Source: Aulosira sp. ZfuVER01
GTDB lineage: Bacteria > Cyanobacteriota > Cyanobacteriia > Cyanobacteriales > Nostocaceae
Length of the DNA stretch: 64,000 nucleotides
Reading direction: 5' to 3'
NCBI GenBank assembly: GCA_034530615.2
Contig: JAVRCV020000033.1
Span: 92,128 to 156,127 of the forward strand
The translations under genes were made by a program, and so were the position numbers. Under the pieces are notes generated by a model, which was not told the DNA's origin, did no database searches, and worked only from the letters and a program-made list of their open reading frames with translations. The stretch's first letter is position 1, and each line of letters starts with the position of its first letter. Positions 8,801 through 17,600 of this stretch are shown piece by piece.

Positions 8801-10618
8801 ATGCATAAGTTTCCTAGGAGAACAAAATCTAAAATTTCTCATAATACTTTATTCAAAAAGCAGCAAAGTTTTAGACAATATATAAATAATAGGCTTGCTA
8901 CTAATACCAAAAATCAAATATCTAACACTAGAAACAGATTATTTGTAGTTTGGTGCATATTAATGTTGGCTGGGTTAAGAATAGGTATTAATTTGTATCA
9001 ATTGCAAATTGTGCAGGGAGCAAAGCTCACGAAGAAAGCTAGAGAACAGCAAATGGTAACTTTGCGGCCTTTTACACCTCGACGAATGGTTGTAGATCGC
9101 AACGATCGTGTCTTAGCTCTTGACAGGATTGTGTATACTCTATACGCCCATCCTCAACTGTTTCAAAAAAAACCAGAAGACGTAGCACAACACCTAGCTG
9201 TAATACTTAACAAAAATGCTGATGAATTAGTCAAAATATTTCAAGGAAAAAAAAGTGGCATTTTACTTGATGCTGCTGTGCCAGAAGAAATTGCGACTCA
9301 GATATTTGCATTGCATCTTGATGGCTTAGAACTAACTCAAAAATATTTGCGATTTTATCCAGAAGCAGATTTAACCGCAGATGTAGTGGGTTACATCAAT
9401 ACAGAACGTCAAGGTCAAGCTGGTGTGGAATACAGCCAAGAAAATTTACTAGCGCGTTCTGCACAAACTGTAAGACTCAGGCGACAAGGAAACGGAGCAT
9501 TGCTACCAGATGATGCACCAACAGGATTTCTCAATATTGATGACTTGCGATTACAACTAACAATTGATAGCCGCATTCAACGGATAGCGCGAGCTGCACT
9601 TAAACAGCAAGTAGAAAAGTTTAGGGCGAAACGCGGAGCCGTAATTGTGATGGATGCGTTGGATGGTTCGTTGCTCGCTTTAGTCTCTGTGCCCAGTTAT
9701 AACCCTAATGAATATTCTAAAGCTGATATTTCGCTATTTAAAAATTGGACAATAGCAGATCTGTATGAACCAGGATCGACTTTCAAACCTTTAAATGTGG
9801 CGATCGCATTGGAGACTGGTGTAATTAAACCAGACGATATGTTTGACGATCCTGGTTTTATCAGAGTGGGCGATCGCACCATTAAAAATGCCGAGCAAAA
9901 CAGCGATCGCACGATCGATATTGCTCAAATTTTACAACACTCCAGCAATGTTGGCATGGTGAAAATTATGCAGCGATTGCCAACTTCAATCTATTACCAA
10001 TGGCTACAACGCTTAGGGCTGGGGCAAACTATCCATACAGATTTGCCATTTGCGGTTAGTAGTCAGCTCAAAAGTCAAGAAAAATTTATGGCTTCACCCA
10101 TTGAGAAGGCGACAGCTTCCTTTGGGCAAGGCTTTTCCCTCACAGCACTACAGCTAGTGCAATTGAACGGCGCTTTAGCTAACGGGGGCAAATTAGTGAC
10201 ACCTCATGTAATTAAAGGATTGATTGATAGCCAAGGACAGATGCATTATTCACCCACTCTCCCAACACCACGCCAAATTTTCTCACGCATGACAACTCAA
10301 CAGGTAATTAAAATGATGGAAACTGTAGTAGAACAAGGAACTGGCAAAGCATCAAAGATTTCCGGTTATCGTATAGCTGGTAAAACTGGTACAGCGCAAA
10401 AAGCCAATTCTAGTGGTGGTTATCAAAAAGGCGCTTATATCACCAGTTTCTTGGGTATATTGCCAGCAGAATCTCCTCATTATGTAGTTTTAGCACTGGT
10501 AGATGAAGCGCAAGGAGCAAATGCTTACGGTGGTACGGTTGCCGCACCAATTGTTAAATCTTTAATCAACGCACTGATTCCCCTAGAGCAGATTCCGCCA
10601 AGCCAAGGAGCCAAATAA
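8801..10618 (+). CDS. ftsI: Class B penicillin-binding protein, FtsI/PBP3-like
   Basis: N-terminal TM, RFYP, GQAGVE, SxxK (GSTFK), SxN (SSN), KTGT. Confidence 0.88.
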   Translation: MHKFPRRTKSKISHNTLFKKQQSFRQYINNRLATNTKNQISNTRNRLFVVWCILMLAGLRIGINLYQLQIVQGAKLTKKAREQQMVTLRPFTPRRMVVDRNDRVLALDRIVYTLYAHPQLFQKKPEDVAQHLAVILNKNADELVKIFQGKKSGILLDAAVPEEIATQIFALHLDGLELTQKYLRFYPEADLTADVVGYINTERQGQAGVEYSQENLLARSAQTVRLRRQGNGALLPDDAPTGFLNIDDLRLQLTIDSRIQRIARAALKQQVEKFRAKRGAVIVMDALDGSLLALVSVPSYNPNEYSKADISLFKNWTIADLYEPGSTFKPLNVAIALETGVIKPDDMFDDPGFIRVGDRTIKNAEQNSDRTIDIAQILQHSSNVGMVKIMQRLPTSIYYQWLQRLGLGQTIHTDLPFAVSSQLKSQEKFMASPIEKATASFGQGFSLTALQLVQLNGALANGGKLVTPHVIKGLIDSQGQMHYSPTLPTPRQIFSRMTTQQVIKMMETVVEQGTGKASKISGYRIAGKTGTAQKANSSGGYQKGAYITSFLGILPAESPHYVVLALVDEAQGANAYGGTVAAPIVKSLINALIPLEQIPPSQGAK

Positions 10619-10826
10619 ATATCTGACATTAGGAATATTGCTTTGGCGATCGCTCTTAATTTACCCTAAAACTTAGGGTGCTAAATTATTTTGTAACGCA
10701 ACTACCAACAATAGGGAAATTAGAATTTTTCAGAACTAATTCCTGAATTCAATTATTTATAAATCAACTTGGTATTCTCCAAGATTTTATTTGAGTTAAA
10801 CTTACAAGTGAGGAAGTGAAATTACC

Positions 10827-12752
10827 GTGTCTTCATCTAAAACTTTTGATAAGAAACCATCACAAATTCAAACTTTACCCAGTACTGAATTTTGGAAAGA
10901 AGTTGGTCAAGTAACTGGTGGTACTCTCCTATCAATTATGTTGTTATCAACTGCTGTGATATCTGGAGGATTAGTTGGTTTAGCCATTAGTTTCCGGGAT
11001 TTACCAGATGTTAGACAGTTACGAAACTTTTTTCCCGCAGAAACAACTTATATATATGATATTAAAGGCAAGCTGTTAGCACGCATACACGGTGAAGCTA
11101 ATCGGCAAGTAGTACCTTTAGATGGAATTTCTCCCAATTTAAAACGAGCTGTATTAGCTAGCGAAGACAGTAATTTCTTCGAGCATCACGGTATTAATCC
11201 CGTTGGGATTGGACGTGCTGCAATAACTAACTTCGTAGCTGGAGGTGTACGAGAAGGTGGTTCGACAATCACCATGCAGTTGGTGAAAAATCTGTTTTTA
11301 TCCCAGAAGCGTGCTGTTACCCGGAAAATTGCAGAAGCAATATTAGCAATTAGGTTAGAGCAAGTTCTGACTAAAGACCAAATTTTAGAAATGTACCTCA
11401 ACCAAGTTTACTGGGGACACAATAATTATGGTGTACAAACGGCAGCACGCACTTACTTTAACAAATCAGCTGCAAATTTGACTTTGGCTGAATCTGCAAT
11501 GATGGCGGGATTAATTCCAGCCCCAGAAGAATATAGCCCATTTGTAAACATGAAATTGGCTAAACAAAGACAAAAAGAAGTACTGGGGCGGATGTTGGAA
11601 TTAAATTGGATTAGCCAGCAAGAATATAATGATGCTCTCAAACAACAAATCAAACTAGGTAAAATTAAATCATTTCAAGGTAGTGCTTTGCCTTATGTTA
11701 CCAATACCGTAGCTCAGGAAATAATTAAAAAGTTTGGGCGTGAAGCCTTGCTCAAAGCCGGAATGCGGGTACAAACTACAGTAGACACCAACTTCCAATT
11801 GATGGCAGAACAAACTATTAAGAAATGGCATCAAACCCTTGAAAGTGAAGGGATATATAAAAATCAAATGGCTTTAGTAGCTATCGATCCGCGCACGCAT
11901 TTTGTCAAAGCACTAGTTGGTGGTATTGATGCCAAAAAGAGCGAATTTAACCGCGCCACTCAAGCACAGCGTCAGCCTGGATCTTCTTTCAAGCCATTTG
12001 TCTACTATACTGCTTTTGCCAGTGGTAAATTCACACCCAATTCAACAATACTAGATACCCCAGTTAGTTATCGAGATGGTAGCGGTTGGTATTATCCACG
12101 CAACTATGATAATAGCTTTATGGGCGCAATATCGATTCGTACTGCCGTTGCTCTGTCTCGTAATATTCCAGCAATCAAAATTGGCAAAGCTGTAGGCATG
12201 AATAAAGTCATTGAAACTTGCCGTACCCTAGGAATTATGAGTCCAATGGTTCCGGTAAGTTCTCTGCCATTGGGGGCAATTGGTGTGACACCACTGGAAA
12301 TGGCTAGTGCTTATGCAACTTTTGCTAATTATGGTTGGCAATCACCAGCGACGATTATTGCCCGTGTGACAGATAGTAGTGGTAATGTGTTGCTAGATAA
12401 TACTCCAAAACCGCAACTAGTTCTTGACCCTTGGGCATCAGCAGCAACTTTAGATGTGATGCAATCGGTAGTGAATGAAGGAACTGGTAAAGGTGCAGCT
12501 ATCGGCCGTCCAGTCGCCGGAAAAACCGGTACAACTTCCTCAGAAAAGGATATTTGGTTTATTGGCACTGTACCGCAGTTAACGACTGCTATCTGGGTAG
12601 GGAGGGACGACAACCGACAATTAGCTCACAGCGCAACAGGTGGTGGTACTGTGGCTCCTGTCTGGCGTGATTTTATGCAGAAGGCACTCGAGGATGTACC
12701 AGTAGAAAGATTTCAGCCACCTTCTAAGTTTTCTCGTCCTAAAGCAGATTGA
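10827..12752 (+). CDS. Class A penicillin-binding protein 1A family (transglycosylase/transpeptidase)
   Basis: EDSNFFEHHG, GGSTITMQLVKN, RKIAE, GSSFK, SRN and KTGT motifs. Confidence 0.93.
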   Translation: MSSSKTFDKKPSQIQTLPSTEFWKEVGQVTGGTLLSIMLLSTAVISGGLVGLAISFRDLPDVRQLRNFFPAETTYIYDIKGKLLARIHGEANRQVVPLDGISPNLKRAVLASEDSNFFEHHGINPVGIGRAAITNFVAGGVREGGSTITMQLVKNLFLSQKRAVTRKIAEAILAIRLEQVLTKDQILEMYLNQVYWGHNNYGVQTAARTYFNKSAANLTLAESAMMAGLIPAPEEYSPFVNMKLAKQRQKEVLGRMLELNWISQQEYNDALKQQIKLGKIKSFQGSALPYVTNTVAQEIIKKFGREALLKAGMRVQTTVDTNFQLMAEQTIKKWHQTLESEGIYKNQMALVAIDPRTHFVKALVGGIDAKKSEFNRATQAQRQPGSSFKPFVYYTAFASGKFTPNSTILDTPVSYRDGSGWYYPRNYDNSFMGAISIRTAVALSRNIPAIKIGKAVGMNKVIETCRTLGIMSPMVPVSSLPLGAIGVTPLEMASAYATFANYGWQSPATIIARVTDSSGNVLLDNTPKPQLVLDPWASAATLDVMQSVVNEGTGKGAAIGRPVAGKTGTTSSEKDIWFIGTVPQLTTAIWVGRDDNRQLAHSATGGGTVAPVWRDFMQKALEDVPVERFQPPSKFSRPKAD

Positions 12753-12793
12753 AAATATTAAGGTGAGATTAGGTATCAATAAATATTTGAGAA

Positions 12794-13471
12794 ATGAGGA
12801 TTTTGGTAGTTGAAGATGATGTCCAACTAGCAGAGATGCTAATGGAAGCCCTCACTGACCGTCAATATGTGGTGGATGTAGCCCAAGACGGTGAAGAAGC
12901 ATGGGATTTTATCAAGAGCTTGGAATATGACTTAGTGGTGCTAGACATAACCTTACCTAAATTAGACGGTGTTAGTTTTTGTCAACGCTTGCGATCGCAT
13001 CACCGGAGTCTGCCTGTCCTCATGTTAACAGCACGCGATACCCTGGCTGACAAAGTTACTGGCTTAGATGCAGGCGCAGATGACTATATGGTGAAACCTT
13101 TTGAAATGCCAGAACTGATGGCTCGCATTCGCGCACTGTTGCGCCGCAATCAAAGCACAGCCTCTTTTCCTGACCTCAGTTGGGGCGAGCTACATTTAAA
13201 TTCCAGCACTTATGAAGTCACCTATGCAGAACATCCCTTACATCTGACACCAAAAGAATTTGCCCTTCTAGAACTTATGGTTTCTAGCGGTCGGCGGGTA
13301 CTCAGTCGCACTGGAATTATTGAGCGCATCTGGTCACTTAATGACCCACCCAGCGAAGAAACGGTGAAATCTCACATTAAGAGTCTCAGAAATAAACTCC
13401 GAGAAGCAGGCGCTCCTGATGATTTTATTGAAACAGTGCATGGACTGGGCTATCGTTTAAAGCAGCTTTAG
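12794..13471 (+). CDS. OmpR/PhoB-family response regulator
   Basis: REC (VVEDD, LDITLP, KPF) plus winged helix (LTPKEF, ETVHGLGY). Confidence 0.95.
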   Translation: MRILVVEDDVQLAEMLMEALTDRQYVVDVAQDGEEAWDFIKSLEYDLVVLDITLPKLDGVSFCQRLRSHHRSLPVLMLTARDTLADKVTGLDAGADDYMVKPFEMPELMARIRALLRRNQSTASFPDLSWGELHLNSSTYEVTYAEHPLHLTPKEFALLELMVSSGRRVLSRTGIIERIWSLNDPPSEETVKSHIKSLRNKLREAGAPDDFIETVHGLGYRLKQL

Positions 13472-13477
13472 AGAACT

Positions 13478-13530
13478 ACCCGATTTCTACCCGATATTTA
13501 CCCGTTAGCTCCACAATTAATTGTTAAAGT
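13478..13530 (+). promoter_or_regulatory. Box 3: triple 11-bp direct repeat plus -10 (TAAAGT 13525-13530)
   Basis: acccgatttct acccgatattt acccgttagct, 14 nt, then taaagt. Confidence 0.82.
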
Positions 13531-13536
13531 TCTACA

Positions 13537-13607
13537 AAGAATAACTCCTTTGGAACACCACAATTTCTCCAAACATCTTAATTATTTCGTTTGGAGATTT
13601 TAATTAT
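13537..13607 (+). ncRNA. Candidate small RNA, copy 2 (5' end estimated)
   Basis: AACTCCTTT segment, stem tctccaaac/gtttggaga (13566-13574/13589-13597), TTAATTA loop and T-tract; paralog of copy 1. Confidence 0.55.
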
Positions 13608-13689
13608 TAATAAACAACGCTGAATTATTTAGTGACGGGAAAATCCTTAGTTTTATCACTAACAAACTTAAGGGTACATCTACACAAAT

Positions 13690-13739
13690 AAAGTCCACCT
13701 ATCTTTGATATCGTTGGAAGGTAGGTGGACTTTGTTTTT
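13690..13739 (+). terminator. Strong hairpin / intrinsic terminator
   Basis: aaagtccacctatctt...aaggtaggtggacttt (16 bp, one G-U) followed by gttttt. Confidence 0.65.
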
Positions 13740-13919
13740 AAGATAGCGACTTTTATACTAAAATTTTAGATTTTTAATTTAGAATTTGAGATTAATAATT
13801 AGCTCATTTCAATGTTTGTTAACTCCTGAAATGCAATAGTTAACAGTCATCAGCCAATAGCAAAAATAAATATTTTTTCAAACTTAAATTTCATTTCTAA
13901 ATTATTGATTTTCATGAAT

Positions 13920-13972
13920 CACCGATTTTTACCCGATTAATACCCGATATTTTAACTTCTAGGGCGTAACAT
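13920..13972 (+). promoter_or_regulatory. Box 4: triple 11-bp direct repeat plus -10 (TAACAT 13967-13972)
   Basis: caccgattttt acccgattaat acccgatattt, 14 nt, then taacat. Confidence 0.8.
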
Positions 13973-14023
13973 CTCAGAAGACCCGCAATTTTGCAACATG
14001 GTTTCCATTTTGAGTAAATTCCT

Positions 14024-14245
14024 ATGTCGCAATTTTCAGTAAATATTGCCAATATCGTTCTCACTAGTGAGCAATATCTTAAGCTCAGAATTTATGCAGA
14101 AACTCGTCAGATATCAGTGCATGAGACGATTAGGTTACTTGTTGATTCTCTGCCAGTACCGTCCAGAGCTAGCAAAAAAATAGATAAAATCCATCCTTTT
14201 TTACTATCTAGAAAACTCCTGCAAACTTTTTTTAATGTTCAGTAA
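14024..14245 (+). CDS. 73-aa microprotein, RHH/CopG-like (paralog B)
   Basis: Paralog of 8574-8798. ATG lies 104 nt after the box start, exactly as for paralog A. Confidence 0.75.
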   Translation: MSQFSVNIANIVLTSEQYLKLRIYAETRQISVHETIRLLVDSLPVPSRASKKIDKIHPFLLSRKLLQTFFNVQ

Positions 14246-14307
14246 TTGAACTCTGAACGTCAACAGCTAATTACCAATCTTTGAATTTTGTAGGTAGGAA
14301 TTTGGCC

Positions 14308-14869
14308 ATGAATAATCTTGTTCCTCTAAGTTTAGTTGGATCTTTGGAAAATCCTATCCCAGAAACACATTCTCAACCCACTTATGCATTAATTTCAGTT
14401 CATGGAGATCCTACGGCTGAAATTGGTAAAGAAGGAGCAGGTGGACAAAATATCTACGTGCGGGAATTAGGATTAGCATTAGCAAAAAAGGGATGTGAGG
14501 TTGATATATGTGCATGGTACAACCGGGCTGTTAGTACCTCCAGGTAATCATCACGATCTAACAAGAGCTATTAGTAATTTGTTAGACAACCCTAATTTAA
14601 GGCAATTTTATGGTAATGCTGCATATAGTTGGGTTCAGTCTCATTTTAGCACTCAAGCAGTCACCAACCAAATTTACGAACTCTATCAATCACTAACGCT
14701 TTCTACGTTCGTCTAAGAAATAATTCAAACTCATAATGTAACGCCGAACTTAGAAAAGCAAATTCAAAATTTGTTGAAGTCAAAAGCTTTAAAGCCGAGC
14801 GAAATTAAAGCTCTAGAGAAATTAGTTGACTCCTTTTCTAATGGTACTGTGCAGTGGGTTAATAGTTAA
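14308..14869 (+). pseudogene. GT4 glycosyltransferase (sucrose-phosphate synthase-like) with large internal deletion, frameshift and probable nonsense
   Basis: N-terminal ISVHGDP...AGGQNIYVRELG joins out of frame to C-terminal TGLLVPP...QIYELY. The frame stays open 50 codons past TAA 14714-14716. Confidence 0.8.
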
Positions 14870-14978
14870 TTAAGAGAGAACGGGGAAATCCGCATAATTC
14901 AAATCAAATTTGCTGCCAGCTTATCTATATCGTTGCCTAGGTTGCTGAATTACAAACTTATCTGTATACATCTGTCTT

Positions 14979-15109
14979 GAAAAGTTTTGCGCCGGGAAAC
15001 CCGGACGCGCAACGCCAGTTGCTTTAAGTCGGGGAACCCGACGACAGTCGCTTCAAGTCGGCAAAGCCGCCCACAGCGCTGTCTCCCCAACGCACTGGCT
15101 CAACTTTTC
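14979..15109. repeat. Triply nested small dispersed repeats
   Basis: Outer IR gaaaagtt/aacttttc; a 45-nt element at 15012-15101 is interrupted by a homologous 45-nt element at 15041-15085. Confidence 0.75.
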
Positions 15110-15385
15110 GCTGCGTCCATCCTTTTCAATCAGCGGTTAATTATTTCTTGTTCTCACCAATGTAGAAAGTGCTATGTAACAGATCGTCTTGATGTTCATG
15201 AGGATTTATCATGCTGGAATTAATTTATGAAATTTTAAATAGCGAAGAATGCATTGATTTACGTCAATTTTTACACTAACTGCAACAACAAAATAAACAA
15301 TTTTGAATTGGAGAAATCCCTGTATTTTATCCAGATATGCAGATTTTTTATTATTATCAAACTTGCTAAAGTTAAGGAATTAAAG

Positions 15386-16156
15386 ATGAAACTACTTCTA
15401 GTGATTGACTTAGACAATACTCTGCTTGAAAAAGACCAAGGTACTACGGTTTTAAACCAAAGGTTAGCAGGATTCCGCAAGTATATCTATTTGCTCTATG
15501 TTACAGATAGCTCTTATACTTCTAGTCGTAAATTTATAGCAAAAGCAAAGCTCTTGAAACCAGATTACTTAATTGCTAGTTTAGGTACTGAGATTTATCA
15601 ACAGGGTTTGATTTTAGAACAGGATTGGGCACATTACATCTCAAAAGACTGGAATAGAGATACAGTTTGGGCAATTGCTAGCCAATCTTCGAGATTGAAA
15701 CTTCGCTCTAAAAGTGAACAAACTCGTTGGAAAATTAGCTTTAAGCTAGATACGGCTGCTGAACTTCATGTTATTGATGATTTGCAAGATTTATTAAACT
15801 TTGCGGGATTATCGGCTCAGGTTATTTTCAGTAATGGGCGCGATGTTGATATCGTACCCAAAAGCAGTAATAAAGGTAAAGCTACTGCATATCTGCAACA
15901 ACTGTTGCAAGTGGAACTAGAAGCAACTATTGTCTGTGGAGGTTCGGGAAATGACATTAGCCTATTTCAACTACCATCACCGGGAATTATTGTGAGTAAT
16001 GCTCAGACACAATTGCTTCAATGGCATTATAAGACGCATTTCCCTTGGCACTATTTAACTCATTACCCTCATGCTGCTGGTATTCTGGAAGGACTGGTTT
16101 ATTTTAATATTTTGCCATTCCCTAACAGCTGGCGATCGCAACCCATTTCCAATTAA
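15386..16156 (+). CDS. spp: Sucrose-phosphate phosphatase-like HAD-IIB hydrolase, possibly inactive
   Basis: DLDNTL, KPDYLIASLGTEIY and NKGKA are present, but YVTDSS replaces TGRS and CGGSGND replaces CGDSGND. Confidence 0.75.
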   Translation: MKLLLVIDLDNTLLEKDQGTTVLNQRLAGFRKYIYLLYVTDSSYTSSRKFIAKAKLLKPDYLIASLGTEIYQQGLILEQDWAHYISKDWNRDTVWAIASQSSRLKLRSKSEQTRWKISFKLDTAAELHVIDDLQDLLNFAGLSAQVIFSNGRDVDIVPKSSNKGKATAYLQQLLQVELEATIVCGGSGNDISLFQLPSPGIIVSNAQTQLLQWHYKTHFPWHYLTHYPHAAGILEGLVYFNILPFPNSWRSQPISN

Positions 16157-16178
16157 CTTTGATGATAGGCATAAATCA

Positions 16179-16213
16179 GCGTAGACACGAAGTGGCTTGT
16201 CGTCAGACATCGC
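16179..16213 (-). repeat. 27-nt small dispersed repeat inserted in a HIP1 site
   Basis: Minus strand reads GCGAT+GTCTGACGACAAGCCACTTCGTGTCTA+CGC. Confidence 0.75.
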
Positions 16214-16334
16214 TTATATTACAACTCTTACTGATTCATAGGGTGCATCTTCAAAAGCCTCTGCTAAGTAGCAGCGTTACTCGTTCTTTGCTTTACAGCC
16301 TATATTTCACAACTTCTCAACAGAGGCTATTGGT

Positions 16335-16604
16335 TTAGTAGGCTCTGCGGGTAAAAGTGTAATAAAGCCATAAACCAATAATGGCACCAATGATTGAGAC
16401 GATAATACCGCCAATACTCAATCCTGCTGAGGTAAAGGCTAACGTTCCTGTGGTTAACAAAGTGTATACACTTCCACCAATGAGCGCACCAATCATTCCC
16501 AGGAGTATTGTGCCGAAAATGTTACCCCCTTGATGTCCGGGATAAATCATTTTTGCGATCGCACCTGCAATCAGTCCTAAAACGATCCAAGCTAGAATAT
16601 TCAT
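16335..16604 (-). CDS. GlsB/YeaQ/YmgE (transglycosylase-associated) stress membrane protein
   Basis: MNILAWIVLGLIAGAIAK...GMIGALIGG. Confidence 0.9.
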   Translation of the reverse strand: MNILAWIVLGLIAGAIAKMIYPGHQGGNIFGTILLGMIGALIGGSVYTLLTTGTLAFTSAGLSIGGIIVSIIGAIIGLWLYYTFTRRAY

Positions 16605-16885
16605 AAGTTTTCTCCATTAACAACTTATTTCGTTTAACTCACCGACAATCCAAGTAGAAACTCTGCCTGTGTTTGTAATCAGGCAAAAATTATTATTTCT
16701 CTTGTAGCCGACGAATTCAGCCCGTCCTTTTAGCTATGTATAGAATATTATTTCCGTCAATACGATTTCCACTATCTGAAGTAAGAATATCTATCTAATA
16801 AACGTCAACAAACCAAAACTGGCTTATTCAGAAATAAGATGAGCTTGCCTCTAATACCAAGATACTTATTTTAGTGTGAGTATAA

Positions 16886-16957
16886 ATAAAAGCTTGTGCT
16901 GATATGTGCCATCGCTGTGCTGAATTTTGTCGGCAAATGTCAATGGCCACTGCATAA
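16886..16957 (+). pseudogene. C-terminal remnant of four-helix-bundle Cys-rich copper storage protein (DUF326/Csp3-like)
   Basis: Translates IKACADMCHRCAEFCRQMSMATA*; in-frame TAA immediately upstream (16883); hairpin downstream. Confidence 0.6.
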
Positions 16958-17600
16958 GTCATTGTAAATACTCGCTGGCTCTTGTAATCTTGTAGTCAGC
17001 CAGTGTCGCAGTTTAAAAGTAGGCAGCAGATAAAAACTAACGACTTTTGAAATAGGAAAAGAAGCATTCAATCACAGCAGTGCTGTTAAGGGGTTATAAG
17101 TCCACTAATTACGCCGGAAATAGTTAGATAACAGCCCAAGAAATAGAACGATCGCACCGATCGCCGTGATTAATATATTGAGTTCATCCAAAGCTTAGTA
17201 ACCGATGTTGATACTGATTTTCTCACTGTGCCAATATAAATATATTTATGTGGTTACTATCAAAGACCGCATCTACCAATAGGAGAATAATCATATTTAT
17301 CTCTTTGGTTGATACCAGATTTTGATAATTGATGATTATCAGTCAAAAAATGAAAATTTTTAAATAAAATATACCAAAATATAAAAAGGCGATCGCTTGT
17401 TTTTGTGAAAATATGGTAGTGGGATCGAAAATTCAAGCAAATTAAATATCCAAGAGCACATAACAGACTTTAGGAGGATGATTATTCAGGCAAAAACAAT
17501 TAAAAGTGAATGCAAGAAGCTGCAAGCAAGCTGCTATCTACAAATCCCGACTACTTTGACTTTTACAAGCATGATTAATCACAATCAGCGATGAGCAAAA

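Noticed and set aside
8050..13972. ACCCGAT arrays as CRISPR or iteron arrays
   Set aside because: Units are 11 bp with no unique spacers, no cas or rep genes are present, and the fixed spacing to -10 hexamers fits regulator boxes.
14987..15223. 78-aa ORF
   Set aside because: It is a translation of nested repeats.
15254..15385. Long TTG-start N-terminal extensions in the ORF track (also 37146, 39430, 51680)
   Set aside because: Downstream ATGs match family N-termini; the 37146 extension runs through an STRR array.
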